Source: Squalus acanthias
Taxonomy: Eukaryota
Length of the DNA: 64,000 nucleotides
Assembly: GCA_030390025.1 (NCBI GenBank)
Contig: CM059432.1
Coordinates: forward strand, 992,001-1,056,000
Direction of reading: 5' to 3'
The translations under genes were made by a program, and so were the position numbers. Numbering within the stretch: position 1 is the stretch's first letter; each line of letters starts with the position of its first letter. Of this stretch, positions 24,706 through 35,159 are shown piece after piece. Below the pieces are notes generated by a model. The model did not search any database. It was not told the DNA's origin and saw only the letters and a list, made by a program, of their open reading frames with translations.

Positions 24706-24969
24706 TGTTGAGGCTGCCGCGAAACACGAATGGAGGCTGAATCCATGTGTGGAAAACAAGAAACTTTTATTCACTGCATGCTACACAAAATGGCAGAGAG
24801 AAAGCTGCTCCCAGAATTCTCTGCTAAAAACTCCCAGAATTCTCTGGGTAAAACCTGAGGCCCTGCCCCCTTCTGCCTTAAAGGTAATGTGCCTTAAAGG
24901 GAAGGGGCTGGAAATTTGTCCACAGACGGAAGAGTGGATTATGCCCGTTTTAGGTGGCAATCCGCCACA
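24706..24969 (-). repeat. 3' LTR (264 bp)
   Basis: Direct repeat of 28833-29097, differing by about 5 substitutions and 1 indel by eye; AATAAA on the minus strand. Confidence 0.95.
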
Positions 24970-25135
24970 CAGCTCCCCCCAGAATCCGCTTAGGAGGTGT
25001 GGACGAGACGGTGCGGCGGTCTGATGGGCCGGCCGGAGCGGCTCTTGTAGGACGCCGGTTGACGTGGAACGGCCGGGCGTGGAGCAGCCGGGTGAACCGG
25101 CTTGAGGGCAGGTCAGCCGCGTGGAGGTGGACGAG

Positions 25136-28100
25136 CTACAGGGACCTGCTCACCGGGCTCCGAGTGTGCTGGCTTGAGTCAGTCCACCGACACTTTTTCG
25201 GTCCTGTCGCCCACTTGCAGGGTGAAAAATTTGTCCCCAGCCTGTAGGGCCTGTCGTACGGGGGTTGAAGGGGTCCGCGGTGGGCGTCGTGCCGGACAAA
25301 GACAAACCGTGCCTGGTGCAGGCTTAGTGGGACGTGTGAGGTGGATTCGCCGTGCCGGGCAATGGGCACCGGGGCGAACTGCAGCGCTGGTAAGGCAAAG
25401 TCGTGGCGTTGCTGGTCGGCTGACCAGGGTGTCGTGGTGGTGGGCAGGAACTCGCCGGGTACGCGCAGCGGCTGACCGTACACGAGCTCTGCTGCCGATG
25501 CGTGGAGGTCTTCTTTAACCGCGGTGCGCAGGCCGAGGAGGACCCACGGAAGTCGGTCGGTCCAGGCGCCGTCTTGGAGGCTGGCTCGAAGAGATACCTT
25601 CAAGGATCTGTGGAACCGCTCACACAGTCCGTTGGCTTGGGGGTGGTATGCTGTGGTGCGGTGAATGGTCACCCCGAGATTGCATGCGACGGCGGTCCAG
25701 AGTTCAGAGGTAAATTGCGGACCTCTGTCCGACGTCATGTCGGAGGGGACGCCGAACCGTGCGACCCAGGTGCTCACGAAGGCTCTGGCGATGTCGGCGG
25801 TGGTGGTAGAGGTCAGTGGAATTGCCTCAGGCCAGCGTGTGGTGCGGTCAACGATGGTCAGCAAGTGCGTGTGGCCTTGCGACGGCGGCAGGGGCCCGAC
25901 GATGTCCATGTAGATGTGGTCGAATCTCCGCGAGAGGACGGTAAACTCCTCGAGGGGCGCTTTCGTGTGTTGCTGTACCTTGGCCCGTTGGCAGGCTAGG
26001 CAGGAGTTGGCCCAAGTACACACATCCTTGCGAAGGCCGCGCCAGACAAAGCGGTTGGCTACCAATTTGATGGATGCGCGGGCGCCGGGGTGGGAGAGGT
26101 TGTGGAGAATGTCGAATACCCGGCGGCGCCAGGACGCTGGGACGACGGGCCGAGGTTGACATAGGGATATGTCGCACTTGACCGTGACTGCAGTCGGGCC
26201 ACAGGCGACGTCGGCCAGGCGTAGCCCTGGTAGGTTGGTGGGTGCGGAGAGCAGATCAGGGTCGATGATCTGGTCTGCTGCGAGTTGAGCGTAGTCGACT
26301 GCTAGGTGTGCGGCGTGGATGGCGGGGCGGGAGAGGCAGTCGGCTACCACATTGTCTCGGCCGGAGACGTGTTGGATGTCCGTGGTGAACTCGGACACTG
26401 CCGCGAGCTGGCGCTGCTGCCTGGCGGACCAGGGGTCGGTTGTCTTTGCCATTGCGAATGTCAGGGGCTTGTGGTCGACAAACGCAGTGAAGGGGTGGCC
26501 CTCAAGCAAAAACCGGAAATGGCGGACCGCCAGGAACAGCGCGAGGAGCTCGCGGTCGAAGGTGCTGTACTTGACCTCCGGGGGGCGTAGTTGGCGGCTG
26601 AAGAAGGCAAGTGGTTGCCAGGCGCCGTCGACCCACTGCTCATACACAGCGCCGACCGCGTGGTCGGAGGCGTCCGTGGTGAGCGCTACCCTGGCATTGG
26701 GCCGTGGGTGGGCGAGCAGGGTGGTGTTGGCGAGCGCGGTCTTGGTGGAATCAAAGGCGGCGGAAGCGTCTGCCGTCCATTCGACCGCCATCTTGCCGCT
26801 CCTGCCCTGGAGGGCTTCATACAGGGGCCTCATGAGGGACGCCGCTTTGGGGATGAAGCGGTTATAGAAATTCACCATCCCGAGGAACTCCTGGAGGCCT
26901 TTGATGGTGGTGGGGCGGGGAAATTGTTGGACGGCCTGCACCTTGGTGGGCAGGGGAATGGCCCCAGCATGGGTGATGTGGTGGCCGAGGAAGTCGATCT
27001 TGTCCAGGCCGAACTGGCATTTGGCTGGGCTGAGGATGAGCCCGTGGTCGCTGAGGCGCCCGAACAGGATGCGAAGGTGTTCGAGGTGTTCCTGCTTGGA
27101 GGAACTGGCTACCAGGATGTCGTCCAGGTAGACGAACAGGAACTTCAGGTCCCGAAGGACCGAGTCCATGAGCCGTTGGAATGCCTGGGCCGCGTTTTTG
27201 AGGCCGAAGGGCATCCGCAGGAACTCGAACAGGCCGAAGGGGGTGATTACGGCCGTCTTGGGGACGTCCGCGGGGTGGACGGGGACTTGGTGGTAGCCGC
27301 GCACCAGGTCGACCTTGGAAAAGACTGAGCGGCCGGCCAGTCTAGCCGAGAAGTCCTGAATGTGCGGCACGGGGTACCGATCAGGGGTGGTGGCGTCATT
27401 GAGGCGGCGGTAATCCCCACAGGGGCGCCAACCTCCGCCTGGTTTGGGGGCGATGTGGAGTGGGGAGGCCCAGGGACTGTTGGAGCGGCGGATGATGCCG
27501 AGCTGTTCCATGGTGGCAAACTCGGTCCGCGCGATCTCCAGTTTGGCCGGGTCCAGCCTGCGGGCGTGGGCGTACACTGGGGGGCCTGTGGTGGGGATGA
27601 AGTGTTCCACCCCGTGTTTGGCGGCCTCCGCGGAGAAGGTCGGATTGGTAAGGGCCGGGAATTCGGCCAGGAGTGCCGAGTAGTCATCCGTGGCCCGGGC
27701 GTGGCACTGTGACGCCATGTCGGCGGGTTGACGGGGGGCCATGGCGCCCAGGATGGGGGACATGGTGTTCATGTCCACGAGGCGGTGACGAGGGATGTCT
27801 ACCAGTAAGCCGTGGGCACACAGGAAATCTGCGCCGATGAGGGGGGAGAGCACCTTGGCAGTGATGAACTCCCATCGGTAGCGGTGACCAGCGAGGTCGA
27901 GGGTGACTGTCCGGGTGCCATACGTCCGGATTTCCGAGCCGTTAGCAGCAGCCAGCACCGGTCCTCGTTCGCCCTTTTGGATGTCGAGGGAGGAGGCCGG
28001 GATGATGCTGTGCTGAGCTCCAGTGTCGCACAGGAACCGGCGGCCGGTTTTGTCATCCGTGACGAACAGCAGGGAGTCCGCGTGGCCCACGGCCATCGCG

Positions 28101-28792
28101 GGGGCTGGAACGGGGGCGGACTTGAAAGAGCAGGGAGGTGTGCACCGTTGTGCCCTGGCGCCGAACCGTGCGTGGTAGTAACAGTGACCCAGGTTAGTGG
28201 GGCGTGAAGGCCCCGTGGGCCTGGTGACAGGCCCTTGTGGCCGTGTGCTGGATGGTGAGGGGCGCGCCCAGGCATTGGCTGCCAGGTCCGGAGTGACGTC
28301 GCGGCTGGAGTGAGCGGACAGCAGCTTGTCGGCCTCATCGGCCAGAGCTTCCAGGTTCGTGAGGCCGGACGCCACGATCGCTGGGCGGATGCTGAGAGGG
28401 AGCTGGCGGATGAACAGCGTGCGGAAGAGGGATCCGGGTGGGCTCTCGTCGGTGAGGGAGAGCATGTGGGAGAGGAGGTCTGACGGTGAGGCATCACCGA
28501 GGCCTGGAAGGTCGAGGAGGTGGCAGTTTCGCTGATATGCCAAGGCCGTAAATTTTTTAAGGAGCGCTGTTCTGAGATGTGCGTACTTGCCTTCCTCTGG
28601 TGGGTTCCACAGCGTTGTCCAAACCTTGGAAACTGTGGCGCTACTGAGTGATGTGACGAGATAGTCGTACTTCGTCCCATCTGTGGTGATATTTCGCAGC
28701 CGGAAGCGAGATTCAGCTTGGAGAAACCAGGCTTCGGGCTGGTTTTCCCAAAACTCCGGCAGTTTCACGGAAACTGTGTTCGTGTCCGCCAT
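25136..28792 (-). CDS. Gag-Pol polyprotein (Gag, PR, RT, RNase H, IN) with a frameshifted C-terminus
   Basis: 1218 aa with motifs KLPEFW, CYYHARFGARAQRCTPPC, FLCDTGA, YLDD, TDASD, DHKPL, H-x3-H..C-x2-C, MDIVGP, SDRGPQF and NGLCERFH, in Gypsy order PR-RT-RH-IN. Confidence 0.95.
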   Translation of the reverse strand: MADTNTVSVKLPEFWENQPEAWFLQAESRFRLRNITTDGTKYDYLVTSLSSATVSKVWTTLWNPPEEGKYAHLRTALLKKFTALAYQRNCHLLDLPGLGDASPSDLLSHMLSLTDESPPGSLFRTLFIRQLPLSIRPAIVASGLTNLEALADEADKLLSAHSSRDVTPDLAANAWARPSPSSTRPQGPVTRPTGPSRPTNLGHCYYHARFGARAQRCTPPCSFKSAPVPAPAMAVGHADSLLFVTDDKTGRRFLCDTGAQHSIIPASSLDIQKGERGPVLAAANGSEIRTYGTRTVTLDLAGHRYRWEFITAKVLSPLIGADFLCAHGLLVDIPRHRLVDMNTMSPILGAMAPRQPADMASQCHARATDDYSALLAEFPALTNPTFSAEAAKHGVEHFIPTTGPPVYAHARRLDPAKLEIARTEFATMEQLGIIRRSNSPWASPLHIAPKPGGGWRPCGDYRRLNDATTPDRYPVPHIQDFSARLAGRSVFSKVDLVRGYHQVPVHPADVPKTAVITPFGLFEFLRMPFGLKNAAQAFQRLMDSVLRDLKFLFVYLDDILVASSSKQEHLEHLRILFGRLSDHGLILSPAKCQFGLDKIDFLGHHITHAGAIPLPTKVQAVQQFPRPTTIKGLQEFLGMVNFYNRFIPKAASLMRPLYEALQGRSGKMAVEWTADASAAFDSTKTALANTTLLAHPRPNARVALTTDASDHAVGAVYEQWVDGAWQPLAFFSRQLRPPEVKYSTFDRELLALFLAVRHFRFLLEGHPFTAFVDHKPLTFAMAKTTDPWSARQQRQLAAVSEFTTDIQHVSGRDNVVADCLSRPAIHAAHLAVDYAQLAADQIIDPDLLSAPTNLPGLRLADVACGPTAVTVKCDISLCQPRPVVPASWRRRVFDILHNLSHPGARASIKLVANRFVWRGLRKDVCTWANSCLACQRAKVQQHTKAPLEEFTVLSRRFDHIYMDIVGPLPPSQGHTHLLTIVDRTTRWPEAIPLTSTTTADIARAFVSTWVARFGVPSDMTSDRGPQFTSELWTAVACNLGVTIHRTTAYHPQANGLCERFHRSLKVSLRASLQDGAWTDRLPWVLLGLRTAVKEDLHASAAELVYGQPLRVPGEFLPTTTTPWSADQQRHDFALPALQFAPVPIARHGESTSHVPLSLHQARFVFVRHDAHRGPLQPPYDRPYRLGTNFSPCKWATGPKKCRWTDSSQHTRSPVSRSL

Positions 28793-28832
28793 TGCAGTGC
28801 TCGGAATACGTTCTGAGCGTCGGGGTCACCAA

Positions 28833-29097
28833 TGTTGAGGCAGCCGCGAAACACGAATGGAGGCTGAATCCATGTGTGGAAAACAAGAAACTTTTATTCA
28901 CTGCATGCTATACAAAATGGCAGAGAGAAAGCTGCTCCCAGAATTCTCTGCTAAAAACTCCCAGAATTCTCTGGGTAAAACCTGAGGCCCCGCCCCCTTC
29001 TGCCTTAAAGGTAATGTGCCTTAAAGGGGACGGGGCTGGAAATTTGTCCACAGACGGAAGAGTGGATTATGCCCGTTTTAGGTGGCGATCCGCCACA
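28833..29097 (-). repeat. 5' LTR (265 bp)
   Basis: Followed on the minus strand by the tRNA-Trp PBS and the gag ATG at 28792. Confidence 0.95.
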
Positions 29098-29165
29098 ATA
29101 GCACCTTTAATGTAGTAAAATATCCCAAGGCGCTTCAAGGAATGTTATAAAATAAAATTTGACAC

Positions 29166-30622
29166 CCCACTATGGTAGCTAATGTTACCCCACTATTCAA
29201 AAAGGGTGGTAGAGAGAAAACGGGGAATTACAGACCGGTAAGCCTGACATCGGTAGTGGGGAAAATGCTAGAGTCCATTATAAAAGATGTAATAGCTGAG
29301 CACTTGAAAAACAGTGACAGGATCGGACAAAGTCAACATGGATTTACAAAAGGTAAATCATGCTTGACTAATCTATTGGAATTTTTTGAGGATGTAACTG
29401 GTAAAATAGATAAGGGAGAACCAGTGGATGTGGTGTATTTGGACTTCCAAAAGGCTTTTGATAAGGTCCCGCATAAGAGATTAGCGTGTAAAGTTAAGGC
29501 ACATGGGATTGGGGGCAAGGTATTGACTTGGATAGAGAACTGGTTGGCAGACAGAAAGCAAAGAGTTGCAATAAACGGGTCTTTTTCCGAGTGGCAGGCA
29601 GTGACTAGTGGGGTACCGCAGGGATCGGTCCTTGGACCCCAGCTATTCACAATATATATTAATGATCTAGACAAGGGAACTAGATGTAATATCTCCAAGT
29701 TTGCAGACGACACAAAACTGTGTGTGCTGCAAGGAGGATGCAGAGAAACTCCAGGATGATTTGGACAGGTTGGGTGATTGGGCAGAAGCGTGGCAGATGC
29801 AATATAATGTGGATAAATGCGAGGTTATCCACTTTGGTGTCAAAAACAGAAAGGCAGATTATTATCTGAATGGCAATAGATTGGGAGAAGGGGAAGTGCA
29901 ACGAGACCTGGGTGTCCTTGTGCACCAGTCGCTGAAGGTAAGCATGCAGGTGCAGCAGGCGGTTAAGAAGGCAAATGGTATGTTGGCCTTCATAGCGAGA
30001 GGGTTTGAGTACAGGAACAAGGATGTCTTGCTGCAGTTGTACAGGGCCTTGGTGAGACCACACCTTGAGTACTGTGTGCAGTTTTGGTCGCCTTATCTGA
30101 GGAAGGATGTTCTTGCCATGGAGGGAGTTCAGCGAAGATTCACAAGGCTGATACCTGGGATGGCAGGAATGACGTATGAAGAGAGATTGGGTCGATTGGG
30201 CTTATACTCGCTGGAGTTTAGAAGAATGAGAGGGGATCTCATTGAAACTTATAAAATTCTGACAGGACAGGACAAACTAGATGCAGGAAGGATGTTCCCG
30301 ATGGTCAGGGAGTCCAGAACCAGGGGTCACAGTCTAAGGATAAGGGGTAAGCCATTTAGGACAGAAATGAGGAGGAATTTCTTCACCCAGCGAGTGGTGA
30401 ACCTGTGGAATTCTCTGCCACAGAAGGCAGTAGAGGCCAATTCATTAAATAGATTCAAGAAGGAGTTGGATATATTTCTTAAGGCTAAAGGGATCAAGGG
30501 ATATGGGGAGAAAGCAGGGACAGGGTACTGAATTTGGATGATCAGCCATGATCGCATTGAATGGCGGAGCAGGCTAGAGGGGCCGAATGGCTTACTCCTG
30601 CTCCTATCTTCTATGATTCTAT
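29166..30622 (+). mobile_element. Young 5'-truncated CR1 LINE
   Basis: RT split over ORFs 29172-29759 and 29701-30531 by a single frameshift near 29720; ends in (ttctatga)n repeats. Confidence 0.92.
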
Positions 30623-31582
30623 GAGCCACATAAGGAGAAATTAGGGCAGGTGACCAAAAGCTTGGTCTAAGAGGTAGGTTTTAAGGAGCGTCTTAAAGCA
30701 GGAGTAGAGGTAGTGAGGCGGAGAGATCTCGGTGTTGTGGGGCTGGAGGAGGTTACAGAGATAGGGAGGGGCGAGGCCGTGGAGGGATCTGAAAACAAGG
30801 ATGAGAATTTTAAAATCGAGGCGTTGTTTAACCGGGAGCTAATGTAGGTCAGCGAGCACAGGGGGTGATTGGCGAACAGGATTTGGTGAGAGTTAGGACA
30901 TGGGCAGCCGAGTTTAACGATTTTATATTATGCAAGTATTTATGACGTGAAATCAAGGTCACTGACGATGTTTGAATTGGAGTGTTATTCAGAGTGTTAA
31001 TACTTTTTGGTGTTGTGGAAAACTGTAATCGCCTTTCTCCAGCGACACAATCCAGTCAACGTTCAGATGTTAGCTTTAGATATCTTTCACTGCATTCCAT
31101 TCAGTTCAACTTCAGTTAAAGTTGCGCTGCTGTCGACTTCTGACAATATTTTAATTGCGAAAAGATCGCAACTGTGTATGTAAAGAAGTTCCCCCATTCA
31201 CAGCAGCTGCAATCTTAAAATATTGCAACAGCTGTCTAAATATTTGCAATAGAAATATAATTTAGAGTTAAGAATTGAAACTTTAGGTGTGATCTTTGGT
31301 TTATAGCTAAAGTGATAAGTAGATAATGCACTCGTCTGTTCATTGCCAATAAATCTAAAGTCGCTTTGATTAGGCTGTTGTAACAGCACTCCTGTGGGTG
31401 GGCTCATTGCTATATGTTTAGATTGAGGTTTATCACAATCCTTGCTCTGCACCTTCAAATGGAATGCAGGACATAAGAGCCAGAAGTAATTAATTTTGTT
31501 AATGCATGCATAGAAATTGGATCGAGTGGGTAATTTACTCTTCTTATGCCACCTATGTTGGATGCTTAAACAAATGCCAAAC

Positions 31583-31697
31583 ACTGCGGATGCTGGAAAT
31601 CTGAAATAAAAACTAACAGGAAATGCTAGAAATATTCAGCATCTATGGAAAGAGAAACAGAGTTAACGTTAAAGGTCGGTGACCTTTCATCAGAACC
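31583..31697 (-). mobile_element. Penelope-like pseudo-LTR relic with a decayed hammerhead motif
   Basis: Minus strand CTGATGA-A-AGGTC-acc-GACCT-ttAACGTTAAC; related pieces at 17217-17270 and 50793-51185. Confidence 0.6.
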
Positions 31698-32908
31698 ATC
31701 TTTGTCTGAAGCAATCACACCTCCCTCGAGAGAGAGAAGAGCTTCCAAATAAGGTGCATTTCCATCTCTAAACATGCACTAGTCACCCTCCAACTCGCCC
31801 TCCCCAACCTGTACTGGTCACCAGACTATATGCAGTTGCCCTGGCTAAATAAGTGTTCTTATGGGGTTCTCATGCAGGAGCCAACACTAGATGCCTATTC
31901 AATGTGTTGCACCAATGCAAGAGCACCAACGGTGTTCTCCTTAGATGTGGAGAAGAATCTAATTTACTGGAGTGGAGCCATGATGTAGATTGCAATCTGC
32001 GCTCAAAGCCCACTCTGCCACCTGCACCAATGATTTGCGCTCCTCTGCTTTTACCCCTGCAGAGAACCCCCCCTGGCAGCAAGCACAGAAATACAAGCAG
32101 GTGAGGCTAGGGAATAACACGAGCTGTTTACGGATGGGCTGCTACTCTGTGTAAGTAAAGCCAGCACATCACCCTCCAGCACCGTCCAGAGGATCAAGGG
32201 GTTCGGGCAACTCTCAGAATGCAGGTTTAACTCTTCCAAAACAGAGGACGTGTTCTTTATTCATACCTATCCCTTTGCATAGTCAGAGTTAAGCTTCACG
32301 TACCTCGGTGTACTAGTGACCCCCAAACTCAACGTCAAAACTTTTCCAGCATCCCAGACAAACGCAGGTTTACCAGAATGATCCCCGGACTCCCAGGGTT
32401 AAATTACGAGGAGAGATTACACAAACTAGGGTTGTATTTCCCTGGAATTTAGAAGGTTAAGGGGTGATTTGTTTTCAAGATATTAAGGGGAACAGATAGG
32501 GTAGATAGAGAGAAACTATTTCCGCTGGTTGGGGATTCTAGGACTAGGGGGCAGAGTCTAAAAACTAGAGCCAGACCTTTCAGGAGTGAAATTAGGAAAC
32601 ACTTCTACACACAAAGGGTGGTAGAAGTTTGGAACTCTCTTCCGCAAACGGCAATTGATGCTGGGTCAATTGTTAATTTTAAATTAGATTGATAGATTTT
32701 TGTTAACCAGAGGTATTAGGGGATACGGGGCAAAGGCAGGTATATGGAGTTAGGTCGCAGATCAGCCATGATCTCATTGAACAGGCTCGAGGGGATAAAT
32801 GGCCTACTCTTGTTCCTGTGTTCCTAGATATAGAAACATCTGCTTATATTGCTCCTGGGGATCTTCCATCCTGCCCTTCAAGCTCCTGACCAGCAGTCCA
32901 GACACTTA

Positions 32909-34434
32909 GGCCGCGATTTTCTCATCGCTGTCGGGATGGGGGCGGGTCAGCTGGTTTCTGGGTGCCAGTTCCGCCCCTAGCTGCCTCCACTCTGCAGATG
33001 TGATTTTCCCTTGATTGGCCTTGTTACCGGCCAATTAACAGGAAGCGGGTCTGATGACGTCATTTGATGACGCGTCAGCTGCTGGTTTCCTTAAAGGGAC
33101 CAGGCACAATTTTATTTTGACAGTTGATTTTTCAGTGTTTGACAGCACTGAGGTGCTGAAAAAACAGGCAATCACTGCACAAAGGTGAACTCTTGTACCC
33201 AGACTCTCCAATGACTCCCTCTATATGCTTATGGAGGGAGTCACAGTGCGCAGGGAGGTTCTCTTCCCTTCCAAGGGCGGAAGAGACCTCCCCAGGACAC
33301 CAACATACCTTGCACCGCCACCCAACCCTCTCTCTCTACTTTATCACTTCCCCATCTCACTAGCCACCCCACACACTCACCCTCATTCTACTGCAAGCAT
33401 ACCAACTAACAACACACAAGGGTGGGCACTCGAAAGGTTTAGCCAATGTCCATGTGAAGTTTCTGGTAATGTGTTGTCATACAGTGAAATCTCTTTTCCA
33501 AATAGTGCCCCTTATTGGACAGATCTGAGCGCACATTGAGAAGTGTCTTACTGAGTTCCAGTGATAGTTCAGTCATAACTTCCCCCCCCCCCCCTGGCCC
33601 CGCTATAGTGATGAGTGTGCATGGAATGGCTTGGACATTAAAGGGATGCTTCACGGTGCTGGTGTGGGATGGTGTCAACCTGGCGCATCATGTGGCAGCC
33701 AGGATTTAAAGCATCAAGTGAAGAAAGTCTGGCCATGGCCTCCCGGCCAGCAATTTTGTCAGGGACTGATGCCCTGTGTCCAGTGCAGCATCAGGTGATG
33801 GCAGCGAAGGTTGGTGATGTTGGTGTTGGGGATGATTGTGGAAGGATTCGGAGGACCAAAGTCTGATTGTTTCATTGGCTCCAATGTTGCTGGAGTAGAT
33901 GGCAGCTGCAGGTGAGATGACAGAAGCGATCTGTCACTGGTGAGAGAGGTTCTCCCAATGAGGTGGCACTGGACATACAATTGGATTTAAAAACTTGTAA
34001 GCTAAAGAAATCTGTATATGTATTAAAAATGCAGTAACCAACATTTTCTTTGCTCTGAAACTCACCATGTGCAACATGGCATCCTTGACATTACTTCTGC
34101 AGCTGTCATCTTTTCACAAACATCAGAGCAGACTCACAACACGCCACACTTACCTGGCGTGTTGTCCGGACGTCGTAGAACCCGACTCAGAAGCTGGAAA
34201 ATTGAAAAAGACCCTGAAAACAGCTCACAAGTACCTGTTAATAGGCAGTTAATTGCCTTTAATCCGTTTCCCGCCGCTAGGTGTCGGGTCCATTTGCAAA
34301 TCGGGGACCCGACACTTGGGAAGGTTGTGTGGAGGCGGGATGCCGGCGGGTGCGGAACCCGCCGTCAATCAAAACGACTTTAACCTCTGACCCGCCTACA
34401 AACCCGCCCTTCGAGCGCTGGCAAAATCGCAGCC
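32909..34434 (+). mobile_element. Internally deleted PIF/Harbinger element
   Basis: TIRs ggccgcgatttt / aaaatcgcagcc; TTA TSD at 32906-32908 and 34435-34437; Myb/SANT remnant MLMEGVTVRREVLFPS shared with 1-975. Confidence 0.85.
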
Positions 34435-34437
34435 TTA

Positions 34438-35076
34438 GACCCCGATTTTAACTCCAATCCACCTGATGGAACCCGGATGGGGAAGGCAGTTAAAATAAGG
34501 CCAGTCCTTTACCCCGCTCTGATCTTGCTGCCTTCTCACCGTGTCCCGATGTTAACCTGCTCTTTTGAGCAGGCGAGCGGGACACCCGGAGGAAGGAAGC
34601 GGGGTCCTTCAATAAATATGCAGCTCGGGGCCCGATGATGTCACTTCACAGGCCTGAGCAGGGGAGGGAGAGCAGTGATGGCTTCCCCTCAGGCCAGACC
34701 TATCGGGAGGGGGATTGTGGGCCGGAGGAGGCCCAGCAATTATGTTCAAAGAATTTAATTTTAGGTTTCCGTGTGGGCTAAGAGGAGCAAGAGTGCTCCT
34801 CCTCCAGGCCTAACAAAGAAGCCTTGGGCCTCCCTTGCCCAGGCCTCCCCACGCCCCCTGGAACAGACAGCGGCGGACCATTCCCACGGGTCCCTGGTTG
34901 CGTCCCCCTGCCGACGAACTCCCGCCCACAACGATCAGGCCAGATTCGGGCAGGAGCTGGATAAAGTTTATTCAAATGAGGCCGGGCCTCCCAGTCCCCA
35001 GACTCCCTGGGTTTGACGCTCGGTTCAGGGCTCACGCTCACCGTACCCACCCCTTCCTCCCTTTAAAATCGAGGCC
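34438..35076. mobile_element. Harbinger-like MITE directly abutting the previous element
   Basis: Imperfect TIRs gaccccgattttaa / ttaaaatcgaggcc. Confidence 0.55.
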
Positions 35077-35159
35077 ACAGTGCATGTATGAAATGGAAAG
35101 AACTTTACAATACCTTGAGCTCTTTAGCTTTAAGCTTCTCTTCCCGTTCCCAAACCGTT

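Larger units (their letters stand above)
24706..29097 (-). mobile_element. Full-length Ty3/Gypsy LTR retrotransposon, CsRn1-like clade
   Basis: TG...CA LTRs at 24706-24969 and 28833-29097; 4-bp TSD ATAG; PBS TGGTGACCCCGACG (tRNA-Trp) at 28818-28831; purine-rich tract next to the 3' LTR; single gag-pol ORF. Confidence 0.96.

Noticed and set aside
25502..28680. Many overlapping and antisense ORFs (up to 293 aa) within the Gypsy
   Set aside because: Expected shadow ORFs of GC-rich coding DNA, with no recognisable domains and no env.
24706..29097. Bacterial contamination or endogenous retrovirus (high GC, tRNA-Trp PBS)
   Set aside because: Clean TSD inside a host L2, Gypsy-type motifs, and no env.
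24451..29115. Duplicated peptides VEAAAKHEWRLNPC... and MNKSFLFSTHG...
   Set aside because: These are translations of the two LTR copies.
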